This document shows, piece after piece, positions 6,430 to 14,126 of a stretch of 14,126 bases of DNA. A model generated the notes under the pieces. It ran no database searches, had not been told where the DNA came from, and saw nothing but the letters and a program-made list of their open reading frames with translations. Numbering within the stretch: position 1 is the stretch's first letter; each line of letters starts with the position of its first letter. Origin of the DNA: Candidatus Sumerlaeia bacterium (GTDB taxonomy: Bacteria; Sumerlaeota; Sumerlaeia; SLMS01); NCBI GenBank assembly GCA_038208905.1, contig JBBQYG010000101.1, forward strand, positions 1 to 14,126. Direction: 5' to 3'. The position numbers and the translations under genes are program-made.

Positions 6430-9000
6430 CTACTGGTACAGATCCCATCCCTCTGCGTCGCTGGTGTTAATGCCGTCGAGGACGGCGAGATAGATGCGTT
6501 CCGATCCGAATGCAGGACCAGCGCCAACGGTGGGGCCCGTGCCGCGCGGCGCGGCGGCGTTCCAACTGGAGACGATGGTGCGGTCGCCGGTGGTGGAGTC
6601 CACGCGCAGGAGCGCTCCGCGACTTGAATCGAGGACGAAGTATTGGCCGCTGACGGAGCCGACGGCGACGGCCGTGGCGAACGCGAGGGGGAGGCCCCGG
6701 CCGATGATCGAAGAACCGTCGTACCCGGAGAGAACGGTTGCCGTGCCGGTGGTATCGTCGATCGTATAGACGGAGGCTCCTTGAGTGCCTGCGAGATAGT
6801 CTCCGCCCGGAAGCAGTGCCATGTCGGAAAGGCCAAGCGGCGCGGTACCCGGAAAGAGCGAGCGGTCCCCTGTAACGGTATCCACCTGATAGATGTTGGG
6901 CACTCCCAAGCCCGCGATCACGATTACCTTTCCGCTGGGGCCGCGCGCGATGTTCTCAAGCGATCCGGAGAAGCTGGGACCGGAACCTATCGGCGGCCCG
7001 CCGCTGCTCTGCGAGAGGATGCTCCGGGCGCCGGTGGCAATGTTCGTGGTCGAAATCGCGCCGGTGTGGCTGCACCCGTAGATGTTGCCTGTGCCGTCCA
7101 TGACCATACCATTCAGGCCTCCAATGGAAGGCCCGCTGCCCACGCTGTTGAATGGATCGGTCACCGCTGTGCGCCGCAGCGTGTGGCGGTTGATCCGAAC
7201 GACCAGATGATACGTTGCCTGGCCGACCAGGACGTTGGAGCCATCCTCCACCAGGATTCCTCCGCTCGCATAGATATTCGGATCTGAGAACGGAGCATCG
7301 TTCGATCCATTGATCACGCGGCGATTGCCGTTGGACATGTTGATTTCATACACGCTCCCGTTCCGGCTGATATACGCATAGCCATCGATACCCTCGCTCA
7401 GCGCCGTGAACCCCGTGCCCGTCAGCGCGACGGAGATCACCGGGGTGTCGGGATCGTTGGTTGTGACCTGCATCGTGGCGCTGCCAAGACCATCAGTCGC
7501 GGGGCTGAAGCGAACTACGATATCTCCCGTGCTGCTGGGGCCGACGACTGTCGGCGTCGCGCCTTCCACGGCAAACCTGCCGGCCTCGGGCCCGGAGAAG
7601 GCAACACCGGTGATCGTGAGGCCGGAGAATCCACCATTGGTGATGGTGATCGACCGCTGGCTGGAGCCACCGATCGCGGCGATGCCCAAGTCGCGCGAAG
7701 CTGCCGCGCTGCCGTCGGGCTGCATGCTGTATAGATAGACAGTTCCGGTGGAATTGCTTGCGAAAGAACGCACCGCGAGATCCTCGTTGCCGTCTGCTCC
7801 GAGGTCCGGAAGCAGGGTCGGCGGGCCAAATAGGCCGAAGGAGGAAAATGGCTCCGCGATACGGCCGATGTACTCCCGCGTGGCGCCGGAGTAGAACCGT
7901 GCCGAATCATCGAACCCTGTGATGTAACCGATGGCGATGTCGCGCACGCCATCATTGTCGAGGTCTGGGGTCTCGCTGACGCCGTTGCCAAAGATTAGTC
8001 CCACATTGGGGCTCGGGCTTCCGAGCGAGGAGAGCAGCGTCCGCGATTCCGCCGAGTAGATCAGCACGGTTCCGTCCACTAGAATGCCGGGTAGGCTGGC
8101 ATTCGAGAAAAGCGCATAGTCGTCCTTTCCCCCCCCGTCGATATCGCCAAGGCGAGCGACCCCCGACAGCCTGGCATCGGTCTCGGGCGATGCGGATTCG
8201 AAGCTGTGAATCAGCGAGCCGTCGGCGCTGGACATCAGATAGACGCGGCCTGCCTTGGCAAACCCCCCCACCGTCTCGTCGGGGGCCGTTATCAGCAAGT
8301 CATCGAGCGTGTCTCCATCGGCGTCGGGGACACTGAGGACGATCTGGCCAAACTGTCCGTTCGCCTCGGCATTCGGGGAGGAGAGCGTGCGGATGGCGCT
8401 GCTGAGTGTGGCGCCATTCATGACGTAAACTCGCCCGCGCCCGCCGTTCTCTCCGGGCGCGGAGACCGCGACATCCGCCACGGTATCGGAATTCAGGTCG
8501 GGCAGGGAGACGAGGTTGTAACCGTAGGAACCGTCTGACTCGGGGCTTGGGCTCCCCTCCGATTGAAAAGAGACGCCCGTTTGGGGATTGATGACATAGA
8601 TTCGACCCGCCCCGGCCAGCGTGGCGTGAGTGGTCCACGGCGCGGATGCAAGAAACTCCGGGACCGCCCCGCCGGTCATCTGACGCCACGGGATCACCGA
8701 GAGGCCGAAGAAACCGCCGGAAACACCGTCGGGGGCGTTGGCTGTGCGGATCAGAGTGCGGTCGCTGCCGCTCAGCAGGTGAACTTTCCCCCCTCCGCTC
8801 TCAAAAGGCGCACTGATGGCAAGATCGACGGCAGCGTCCGAATTGATGTCGGGAAGCGCAACGATGGTCGCGCCAAACAAGTTGCCGGTTGTTGCAAGGG
8901 GAGACGTGATGGTGGCGTACTGCGCCGACGCCGATAAGGCGCCGAGTGCGGAAATCGTGGCACAGATTGTAGCTGCAAATCGGGCATGGCGAACCATCAT
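6430..9000 (-). CDS. Secreted multidomain protein: signal peptide, FG-GAP (integrin-alpha-like) propeller, ASH/choice-of-anchor D Ig-like domain, second beta-propeller, C-terminal W-x-x-Y tail (~856 aa)
   Basis: Likely start at ATG 9000 (GGGAG RBS at 9005-9009), giving signal peptide MMVRHARFAATICATISALGALSASA|Q. Repeated FG...D-x-N/D-x-D-x-x-x-D-L-x-x-x-AP...G-R-V-Y units. ASH-like ITITNGG...LTITGV...VRFSP...TNDPDTP...LTGTG. Six D-x-x-T-G-x-R-type repeats. Confidence 0.85.
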   Translation of the reverse strand: MMVRHARFAATICATISALGALSASAQYATITSPLATTGNLFGATIVALPDINSDAAVDLAISAPFESGGGKVHLLSGSDRTLIRTANAPDGVSGGFFGLSVIPWRQMTGGAVPEFLASAPWTTHATLAGAGRIYVINPQTGVSFQSEGSPSPESDGSYGYNLVSLPDLNSDTVADVAVSAPGENGGRGRVYVMNGATLSSAIRTLSSPNAEANGQFGQIVLSVPDADGDTLDDLLITAPDETVGGFAKAGRVYLMSSADGSLIHSFESASPETDARLSGVARLGDIDGGGKDDYALFSNASLPGILVDGTVLIYSAESRTLLSSLGSPSPNVGLIFGNGVSETPDLDNDGVRDIAIGYITGFDDSARFYSGATREYIGRIAEPFSSFGLFGPPTLLPDLGADGNEDLAVRSFASNSTGTVYLYSMQPDGSAAASRDLGIAAIGGSSQRSITITNGGFSGLTITGVAFSGPEAGRFAVEGATPTVVGPSSTGDIVVRFSPATDGLGSATMQVTTNDPDTPVISVALTGTGFTALSEGIDGYAYISRNGSVYEINMSNGNRRVINGSNDAPFSDPNIYASGGILVEDGSNVLVGQATYHLVVRINRHTLRRTAVTDPFNSVGSGPSIGGLNGMVMDGTGNIYGCSHTGAISTTNIATGARSILSQSSGGPPIGSGPSFSGSLENIARGPSGKVIVIAGLGVPNIYQVDTVTGDRSLFPGTAPLGLSDMALLPGGDYLAGTQGASVYTIDDTTGTATVLSGYDGSSIIGRGLPLAFATAVAVGSVSGQYFVLDSSRGALLRVDSTTGDRTIVSSWNAAAPRGTGPTVGAGPAFGSERIYLAVLDGINTSDAEGWDLYQ

Positions 9001-9234
9001 GGAACTCCCAGAAAGAGATTTAGTAAGGCTGTTGGTCGGCATAATGACCGCAAATTCCGACCGGCGAATCAACCCATTTTTGATCCGATAAGGGGGTTAT
9101 TTTCCCCGAATGCTGCCGGCATTTTCCCTGCATGTTTTTGTGGACAGGGTGTCCCCGCCGGTGTTCGCCTCCGCGTTACCAATGGCAGCGCGCTGGCGCA
9201 CCATCCAGGACCGCAAGGGACGATACGATAACCT

Positions 9235-11676
9235 ATGGAAGCATTCGAATCCGCGCTGCTCCCCGTCTTGCCGCTCAAGGAAACCGTGGTGTTTCCCACC
9301 GCCGTCACGCCGCTGTTCGTCGTCCGGGCAGAGAGCATGGCCGCCGTGGAAGCCGCCCTGCGCGCCGACAAACGCGTGTTTCTGGCCTGCCAGCGATCCG
9401 CCGAGAAGGACGATCCCCAGCCCGGCGACCTCTATGACGTCGGCTGCGTGGCGGAGATGCTGCAAGTGCTGCGCGTACCCGATGGCTCCGCCAAGATCCT
9501 CGTCGAGGGAATCTACGCCGCGCGCGCCGTGGAGTACATGCCCCCGGCGCAGATGCTCCAGGCGCTTCTTGTGAGGCTGGAAATCTCTCCACTCGAGAAC
9601 TCGGGCGCGTCGGCCTATGTGCGCAGCACGCTCTCCCTCTTCGAGAAGTATGCGAATTTTTCCGACAAGGTCCCCGAGGATCTCTTCCTCTCCATCAAGA
9701 GCCTGGAGGATCCCCTCAGTCTGGTCTATGCCGTCGCCAGCTACTCCGGCATCAAGCCCTCGGAGAAGCAGCGCATTCTCGAGTCCCAGAGCCTCGAAGA
9801 GAAGTTCATGATCCTGAACGCGAACCTGGAGAAGGAGAACCAGATCCTCGCCCTTGAGGACCAGATCGTCTCCCAGGTAAAGTCCCAGATCGGCCAGACG
9901 CAGCGCGAGTATTTCCTGAACGAGCAGCTCAAGGTGATCGAGCGCGAGCTGGGCATTGGCGGCGACGAGCACTCCGAACTGGAGGACCTTCGCGCGGAGG
10001 TCGCCAAGGCCGACATGCCGGCGGAGGCACGCGCCAAGGCGGAGAAGGAGCTGACGCGCCTCTCGCGCATGGCGTCGCTCTCCCCCGAGGCCACCGTCGC
10101 GCGCAGCTATGTGGAATGGCTGACGGAAGTTCCGTGGAAGAAGCGATCCGAGGATCGCATCGACCTGACGGAAGCGCGGGCGGTGCTGGACGAGGATCAC
10201 TTCGGCCTCGAGAAGGTCAAGGAGCGCATCGTCGAATACCTCGCCGTGACGAAGCTCGCGGGAAAGGTGCGCGGTCCGATCCTGTGTTTTGTTGGGCCCC
10301 CGGGTGTTGGCAAGACATCGCTGGCGCGCAGCATCGCCCGCTGCGTCCACCGCGAGATGGTCCGCGTCGCCCTCGGCGGCGTCCGCGACGAGGCGGAAAT
10401 CCGCGGCCACCGCCGCACCTATATCGGCGCCCTGCCCGGCAAGATCATCCAGTCGATGAAGAAGGCCGGCACCGTGAACCCGGTGTTCCTGCTGGACGAG
10501 ATCGACAAGCTGTCGAGCGACTTTCGCGGCGACCCGGCTTCGGCGCTGCTGGAGGTCCTCGACCCCGAGCAGAACCGCACCTTCAACGATCACTATCTGG
10601 AGGTGGACTACGACCTCTCCAGCGTCATGTTCCTCACAACGGCCAACACCGTGGCGGGGATTCCCCCGCCGCTGCTGGATCGCATGGAGATCATCCGCAT
10701 CAGCGGATATACAGACATCGAGAAGGTCCAGATCGCGCGGCGATACCTGGTGCCCAAGTCCATCGCAGCAAGCGGACTGGATAAGCGCAGCCTCACGATG
10801 GACCAGGCCGCCCTCGGCTTCCTGATCCGCGGATATACACGCGAGGCCGGTGTCCGCAGCCTCGAGCGCGAAATCCAGTCGGTCTGCCGGAAGGTTGCCA
10901 CGAAGCTGGTTTCCTCCGGCAAGAAGCGCGGCAAGCCCGCCACCGAGAAAATCACCCCCGCCAAGATCCGCGAGTATCTGGGCGCGGAGCCGTGGAAGGA
11001 AAAGACCTTCGCCCGCAAGCGCGAGATCGGGAACACGATCGGCCTCGCATGGACGGAAGTCGGCGGCGAACTGCTCCACGTGGAGACACGCTCCATGGTC
11101 GGCAAGGGCCAGCTCCTCCTCACCGGCAAGCTGGGCGAGGTGATGAAGGAGAGCGCCCGCGCGGCCCTCAGCTACATCCGCTCCCGCGCCGCCGACCTCG
11201 GCATCGACCCCGACTTCCACAAGGAGATGGACCTGCACGTCCACCTTCCCGAGGGCGCCATCCCCAAGGACGGCCCATCCGCCGGCATCGCGCTGGCGGC
11301 GTCGCTCGTCTCCACGCTGAGCGGCGTCCCCGCGCGGCAGGACGTCGCCATGACGGGCGAGATGACGCTTCGCGGCCGCGTCCTCAAGATCGGCGGACTC
11401 AAGGAGAAGGCCCTCGCCGCCTATCGCGGCGGTATCCGCTACGTGCTCATCCCCGAAGACAACCTCAGCGACCTGTCCGAAATGCCCGCCGAGGTCCTCA
11501 AGAAAGTCACCTTCATCCCCGTCTCCGACCTCGTGCAGGTCATCGACTTGGTCCTCGGCAAAAAACCCCTCTCCGCCCACAAGGCCCCCACGCCCACCCC
11601 CCGACCAGCGGGCGCCAAAGCCACCCCGCGCAAACCCCGCCAGCCCTCCCGCCACGCCCCCGGCCAGGCAGGATAG
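9235..11676 (+). CDS. lon: ATP-dependent Lon protease (LonA), 813 aa
   Basis: N-domain LPVLPL...VVFP, Walker [23 protein letters not shown], Walker B LLDEIDK, catalytic Ser in PKDGPSAG and catalytic Lys in IGGLKEK. Confidence 0.98.
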   Translation: MEAFESALLPVLPLKETVVFPTAVTPLFVVRAESMAAVEAALRADKRVFLACQRSAEKDDPQPGDLYDVGCVAEMLQVLRVPDGSAKILVEGIYAARAVEYMPPAQMLQALLVRLEISPLENSGASAYVRSTLSLFEKYANFSDKVPEDLFLSIKSLEDPLSLVYAVASYSGIKPSEKQRILESQSLEEKFMILNANLEKENQILALEDQIVSQVKSQIGQTQREYFLNEQLKVIERELGIGGDEHSELEDLRAEVAKADMPAEARAKAEKELTRLSRMASLSPEATVARSYVEWLTEVPWKKRSEDRIDLTEARAVLDEDHFGLEKVKERIVEYLAVTKLAGKVRGPILCFVGPPGVGKTSLARSIARCVHREMVRVALGGVRDEAEIRGHRRTYIGALPGKIIQSMKKAGTVNPVFLLDEIDKLSSDFRGDPASALLEVLDPEQNRTFNDHYLEVDYDLSSVMFLTTANTVAGIPPPLLDRMEIIRISGYTDIEKVQIARRYLVPKSIAASGLDKRSLTMDQAALGFLIRGYTREAGVRSLEREIQSVCRKVATKLVSSGKKRGKPATEKITPAKIREYLGAEPWKEKTFARKREIGNTIGLAWTEVGGELLHVETRSMVGKGQLLLTGKLGEVMKESARAALSYIRSRAADLGIDPDFHKEMDLHVHLPEGAIPKDGPSAGIALAASLVSTLSGVPARQDVAMTGEMTLRGRVLKIGGLKEKALAAYRGGIRYVLIPEDNLSDLSEMPAEVLKKVTFIPVSDLVQVIDLVLGKKPLSAHKAPTPTPRPAGAKATPRKPRQPSRHAPGQAG

Positions 11677-11726
11677 CACGGTGGCATTCGCATCTGCCCA
11701 TGCCCCGCCAGCCCCGAATTAAACGC

Positions 11727-11765
11727 AATCTGGCTCCCCGCGATGGGGAGCCAGATTTGTATTTG
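11727..11765. terminator. Probable bidirectional terminator between lon and rpsN
   Basis: Perfect 13-bp stem AATCTGGCTCCCC (11727-11739) / GGGGAGCCAGATT (11745-11757). Followed by TGTATTT on the plus strand and GCGTTTAATT on the minus strand. Confidence 0.8.
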
Positions 11766-11790
11766 CAGTATTTCGTCCTACCCGGAGCTG

Positions 11791-12096
11791 TTACCAGCTC
11801 GACTTCGTCACGCCGACCAACTCCCCACGGTGGGCAAGGCGGCGGAACTCGTTACGGCAGAGGCCGAAGAACGTCAGGTTGCCGCGGCCACGGCCCGTAA
11901 GCAGGCAGCGGTTGCGGAAGCGCGTCTTGGAGGAGTCGCGGGGGAGCTTCTGGAGCTTGACGAAAGCCTCCATCACTTCCTCGGGAGATGCGGAAGCGCT
12001 CTTGATGACCTTCTTCAGTTCGGTGCGCTTCTCGGCAAGCCTCGTCGAAAGTGCGAGGCGCTTCTTGTTTCGTGCAAGCAGGCTGGTCTTCGCCAT
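11791..12096 (-). CDS. rpsN: 30S ribosomal protein S14, long zinc-independent (C-) form, probable paralog
   Basis: [13 protein letters not shown]...[25 protein letters not shown]...[25 protein letters not shown]. 101 aa with only 2 of the 4 zinc-ribbon Cys. Not within the spc operon. Confidence 0.96.
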   Translation of the reverse strand: MAKTSLLARNKKRLALSTRLAEKRTELKKVIKSASASPEEVMEAFVKLQKLPRDSSKTRFRNRCLLTGRGRGNLTFFGLCRNEFRRLAHRGELVGVTKSSW

Positions 12097-12232
12097 GGGG
12101 TTGCGTCAGGTCCTTGATCGAATGGGCGAGCGCCTTTGCGGGCGGTCGCGGGGGTGAGAGGGGGCGCCAGCGGGCCCACGCCTGTCAAGGGCGAAAGGCC
12201 CGCCTTGGCCGTGAAACGTCGGCCTTGACTTG

Positions 12233-12256
12233 GTATTGATAAATCAATCTCAATAC
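12233..12256. promoter_or_regulatory. AT-rich palindromic operator, probable Zur (Fur-family) box
   Basis: GTATTGA-N10-TCAATAC with perfect 7-bp arms and an overlapping ATTGAT-AA-ATCAAT palindrome. Sits just downstream of TTGACT (12225-12230), between the divergent C- S14 and COG0523 genes, both classic Zur-regulon members. Confidence 0.72.
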
Positions 12257-12287
12257 GAAACCGATCCCCCTCCAAAGGCTACCCTCG

Positions 12288-13508
12288 ATGAGCTCTCCCA
12301 TTGCCCGACTTCCCGTCACGGTCCTCTCCGGATTTCTCGGCGCTGGCAAGACGACGCTGCTGAATCATGTGCTGTCCAACCGCGAGGGCCTGCGCGTCGC
12401 GGTGATCGTGAACGATATGAGCGAGGTGAACATCGACGCGGCGCTGTTGAAGAGCGGGCCCGCGGCGCTAAGCCGTGTGGATGAGCAACTGGTGGAGATG
12501 AGCAACGGCTGCATTTGCTGCACCCTGCGCGAGGACCTGCTGCGCGAGGTCGCCCGCCTCGCCGCCGAGAGCCGCTTCGACTACTTGCTGATAGAGTCCA
12601 CGGGGATCAGCGAGCCACTCCCGGTGGCAGAGACCTTTACGTTCGAGGACAGCGAGGGGCGTGGCCTCTCCCAACTGGCCCAATTGGACACGATGGTTAC
12701 CGTGATCGATGCCTCGACGATTCTTGAGCATCTGGCGGGCGCCGAGTCCCTCCGCGACGCGGGGCTGGGCATGGGCGAGGAGGACGAGCGGACCATCGGC
12801 GAGTTGCTCTTCGATCAGATCGAATTTGCCGACGTGCTCATCATCAACAAGTGTGACGTGGCGGAGGGAGAGGACCTCCCGCGCATCGAGGCGCTGGCCC
12901 GGCGCCTCAATCCCGAGGCGAAGATTCTCCGCGCGTCCCGGGGAGTGGTGCCGCTCGGCGAGATCCTGAACACGGGGCGGTTTTCCACCCAGCGCGCCGA
13001 GGCCCATAGCGAATGGCTGACGGAGCCGCGCGGCACCCACAAGCCCGAGACAGAGGAGTATGGAATCGGCAGCATGGTGTACCGCGCGCGGAGGCCCTTT
13101 CATCCCGAGCGGGTCATGGAGGCATTCGACTCCCTTCCGCTGAGCGCCGTGCTGCGGGCGAAGGGTTTCCTGTGGCTCGCGACGCGGCACGAAATGGTGT
13201 CGGTGCTGGCGCTTGCGGGGCGATCCATGGTGCTCGATCCTGGGGGCTTCTGGTGGGACAACACACCGCGGCACGAGTGGCTCGCCGACGCAGATGAACT
13301 CACCCGTATTAACGCGTTGATGCAGCGGCCTTACGGCGACCGTCGTCAGGAATTCGTCGTGATCGGGCAGCACCTCGACCAAGCTGCGATTCGCGCGGTT
13401 TTGGACGCGGCCCTGCTAACCGACGCCGAGATGGCTCTGGGCCCGAAAGGATGGTCCCGCACCCTCTCCGATCCCTTTCCCGAGTGGTCTGTGACTGAGA
13501 CTGCCTAG
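12288..13508 (+). CDS. COG0523 G3E GTPase, zinc metallochaperone (YciC/ZagA/ZigA-like)
   Basis: Walker [20 protein letters not shown], metal-binding GCICC, ESTG, NKCD, and a CobW C-terminal domain ([29 protein letters not shown]). Confidence 0.93.
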   Translation: MSSPIARLPVTVLSGFLGAGKTTLLNHVLSNREGLRVAVIVNDMSEVNIDAALLKSGPAALSRVDEQLVEMSNGCICCTLREDLLREVARLAAESRFDYLLIESTGISEPLPVAETFTFEDSEGRGLSQLAQLDTMVTVIDASTILEHLAGAESLRDAGLGMGEEDERTIGELLFDQIEFADVLIINKCDVAEGEDLPRIEALARRLNPEAKILRASRGVVPLGEILNTGRFSTQRAEAHSEWLTEPRGTHKPETEEYGIGSMVYRARRPFHPERVMEAFDSLPLSAVLRAKGFLWLATRHEMVSVLALAGRSMVLDPGGFWWDNTPRHEWLADADELTRINALMQRPYGDRRQEFVVIGQHLDQAAIRAVLDAALLTDAEMALGPKGWSRTLSDPFPEWSVTETA

Positions 13509-13673
13509 GCTGTGGTTGATAAATGGCTTCGAGCTGATCCGTTGAGCGAGAACGAGTCATGACGATGGCGCCATGACGAGGCGATGTGGTTCATCGTTGA
13601 GGAATCGCGACGCGTCAGGACGAAGGTTCGCAGCCATCGGAAAGCCGAATGCAATTGTCAATCAAACACAGCC
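13508..13673. mobile_element. MITE-like, internally deleted IS remnant (IS5-family-like ends), no transposase
   Basis: Terminal inverted repeats AGGCTGTGGTTGAT (13507-13520) and ATCAAACACAGCCT (13661-13674) match at 13 of 14 positions. The boundaries read CTAG (left, containing the GTPase stop codon) and CTGG (right). Confidence 0.55.
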
Positions 13674-13757
13674 TGGCCCGGAGTCGAGCGTCTGAGACGC
13701 CGTGCGGGAATTCGGCGGGGTGCTCCTCTTCGCCACGCCGACATGTCCCGATGGCGG

Positions 13758-14126
13758 TCAGTCGAACCACTGCCACTCCGGCACGGACGATCCCGGGAGC
13801 GGCGCAATGTACTCCATGCGGACGGCACCGGAGTAGAAGCGATTCCCCGTCACCGCGCCGTTCCCGACAACCACGTTCTGGGTGACCGCGCCCTTCGCGG
13901 GGCTGGCCTCGAACTCAAAGTTGCCGAGAGTCTGCCATGTGTTGCCGTTCCCCGAGACGTTCTGGTTCTGCGAGGACGTGCTGGCCCCGTTGCGGTGGTT
14001 CACGGTGTAGGTGACATTGGCGATGTTGTTGGAGCTGTAGGGATAGGCCACCTGAACCGTATAGACCCCGGAGACGTCGAAGATCGGGGCGAAGGTGGCG
14101 AAGCGGTTGGCCGTGCCCGCGCTGCA
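13758..14126 (-). CDS. 3' end of a probably secreted protein with a golvesin/Xly CBD-like domain and a C-terminal W-x-x-F tail; runs off the right edge
   Basis: The frame is open to the window end: CSAGTANRFATFAPIFDVSGVYTVQVAYPYSSNNIANVTYTVNHRNGASTSSQNQ...NTWQTLGNFEF...AVRMEYIAPLPGSSVPEWQWFD*. The pattern AxFxP...GxYxV...YxVxHxxG...NQ...WxxLGxF...AVR is characteristic of this domain. Confidence 0.75.
   Translation of the reverse strand, partial: CSAGTANRFATFAPIFDVSGVYTVQVAYPYSSNNIANVTYTVNHRNGASTSSQNQNVSGNGNTWQTLGNFEFEASPAKGAVTQNVVVGNGAVTGNRFYSGAVRMEYIAPLPGSSVPEWQWFD

Noticed and set aside
8129-8136. C8/G8 homopolymer in the FG-GAP gene as a phase-variation tract
   Set aside because: Short, in frame, encodes Gly residues of a Ca-binding loop, and is unremarkable in GC-rich DNA.
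9001-9072. Longer N-terminus of the FG-GAP protein
   Set aside because: The ATG at 9000 (or 8997) has an RBS and gives a canonical signal peptide.
9097-11679. 860-aa ORF antisense to lon
   Set aside because: Shadow ORF in mirror frame caused by high-GC codon bias. It has no recognisable domain, while lon has all its catalytic motifs.
12468-13382. 304-aa ORF antisense to the COG0523 gene, and similar long antisense ORFs at 2629-3519, 3535-4449 and 5426-6448
   Set aside because: GC-bias shadow frames with no motifs, overlapping confident genes.
13309-13885. Small ORFs 13309-13560 (-) and 13649-13885 (+)
   Set aside because: Both overlap well-supported genes on the opposite strand, start inside the MITE-like remnant and look non-coding in composition.

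Overview
GC-rich bacterial chromosomal window, mostly housekeeping with accessory genes interspersed. Left to right: 5' part of pnp and a complete rpsO (both minus, separated by an intrinsic terminator and a structured leader); a divergent Phd/YefM-VapC(PIN) toxin-antitoxin pair; a large polytopic GT-C-like membrane protein; an HTH-less biotin ligase overlapping a succinate/acetyl-CoA transferase; a secreted multidomain protein (FG-GAP propeller, ASH/Ig-like domain, second propeller, minus); a Lon protease; a stand-alone zinc-independent S14 divergent from a COG0523 (YciC/ZigA-like) GTPase with an AT-rich Zur/Fur-like palindrome between them; a ~166-bp MITE-like IS remnant; and the 3' end of a probably secreted protein with a golvesin/Xly CBD-like domain. 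The most interesting signal is that the two unrelated extracellular-type proteins end in the same short C-terminal pattern (TSDAEGWDLYQ* and GSSVPEWQWFD*; S-x-[AV]-x-x-W-x-hydrophobic-[YF]-x-stop). This is a candidate lineage-specific protein sorting/anchoring signal. All calls come from reading motifs by eye; no database searches were run.
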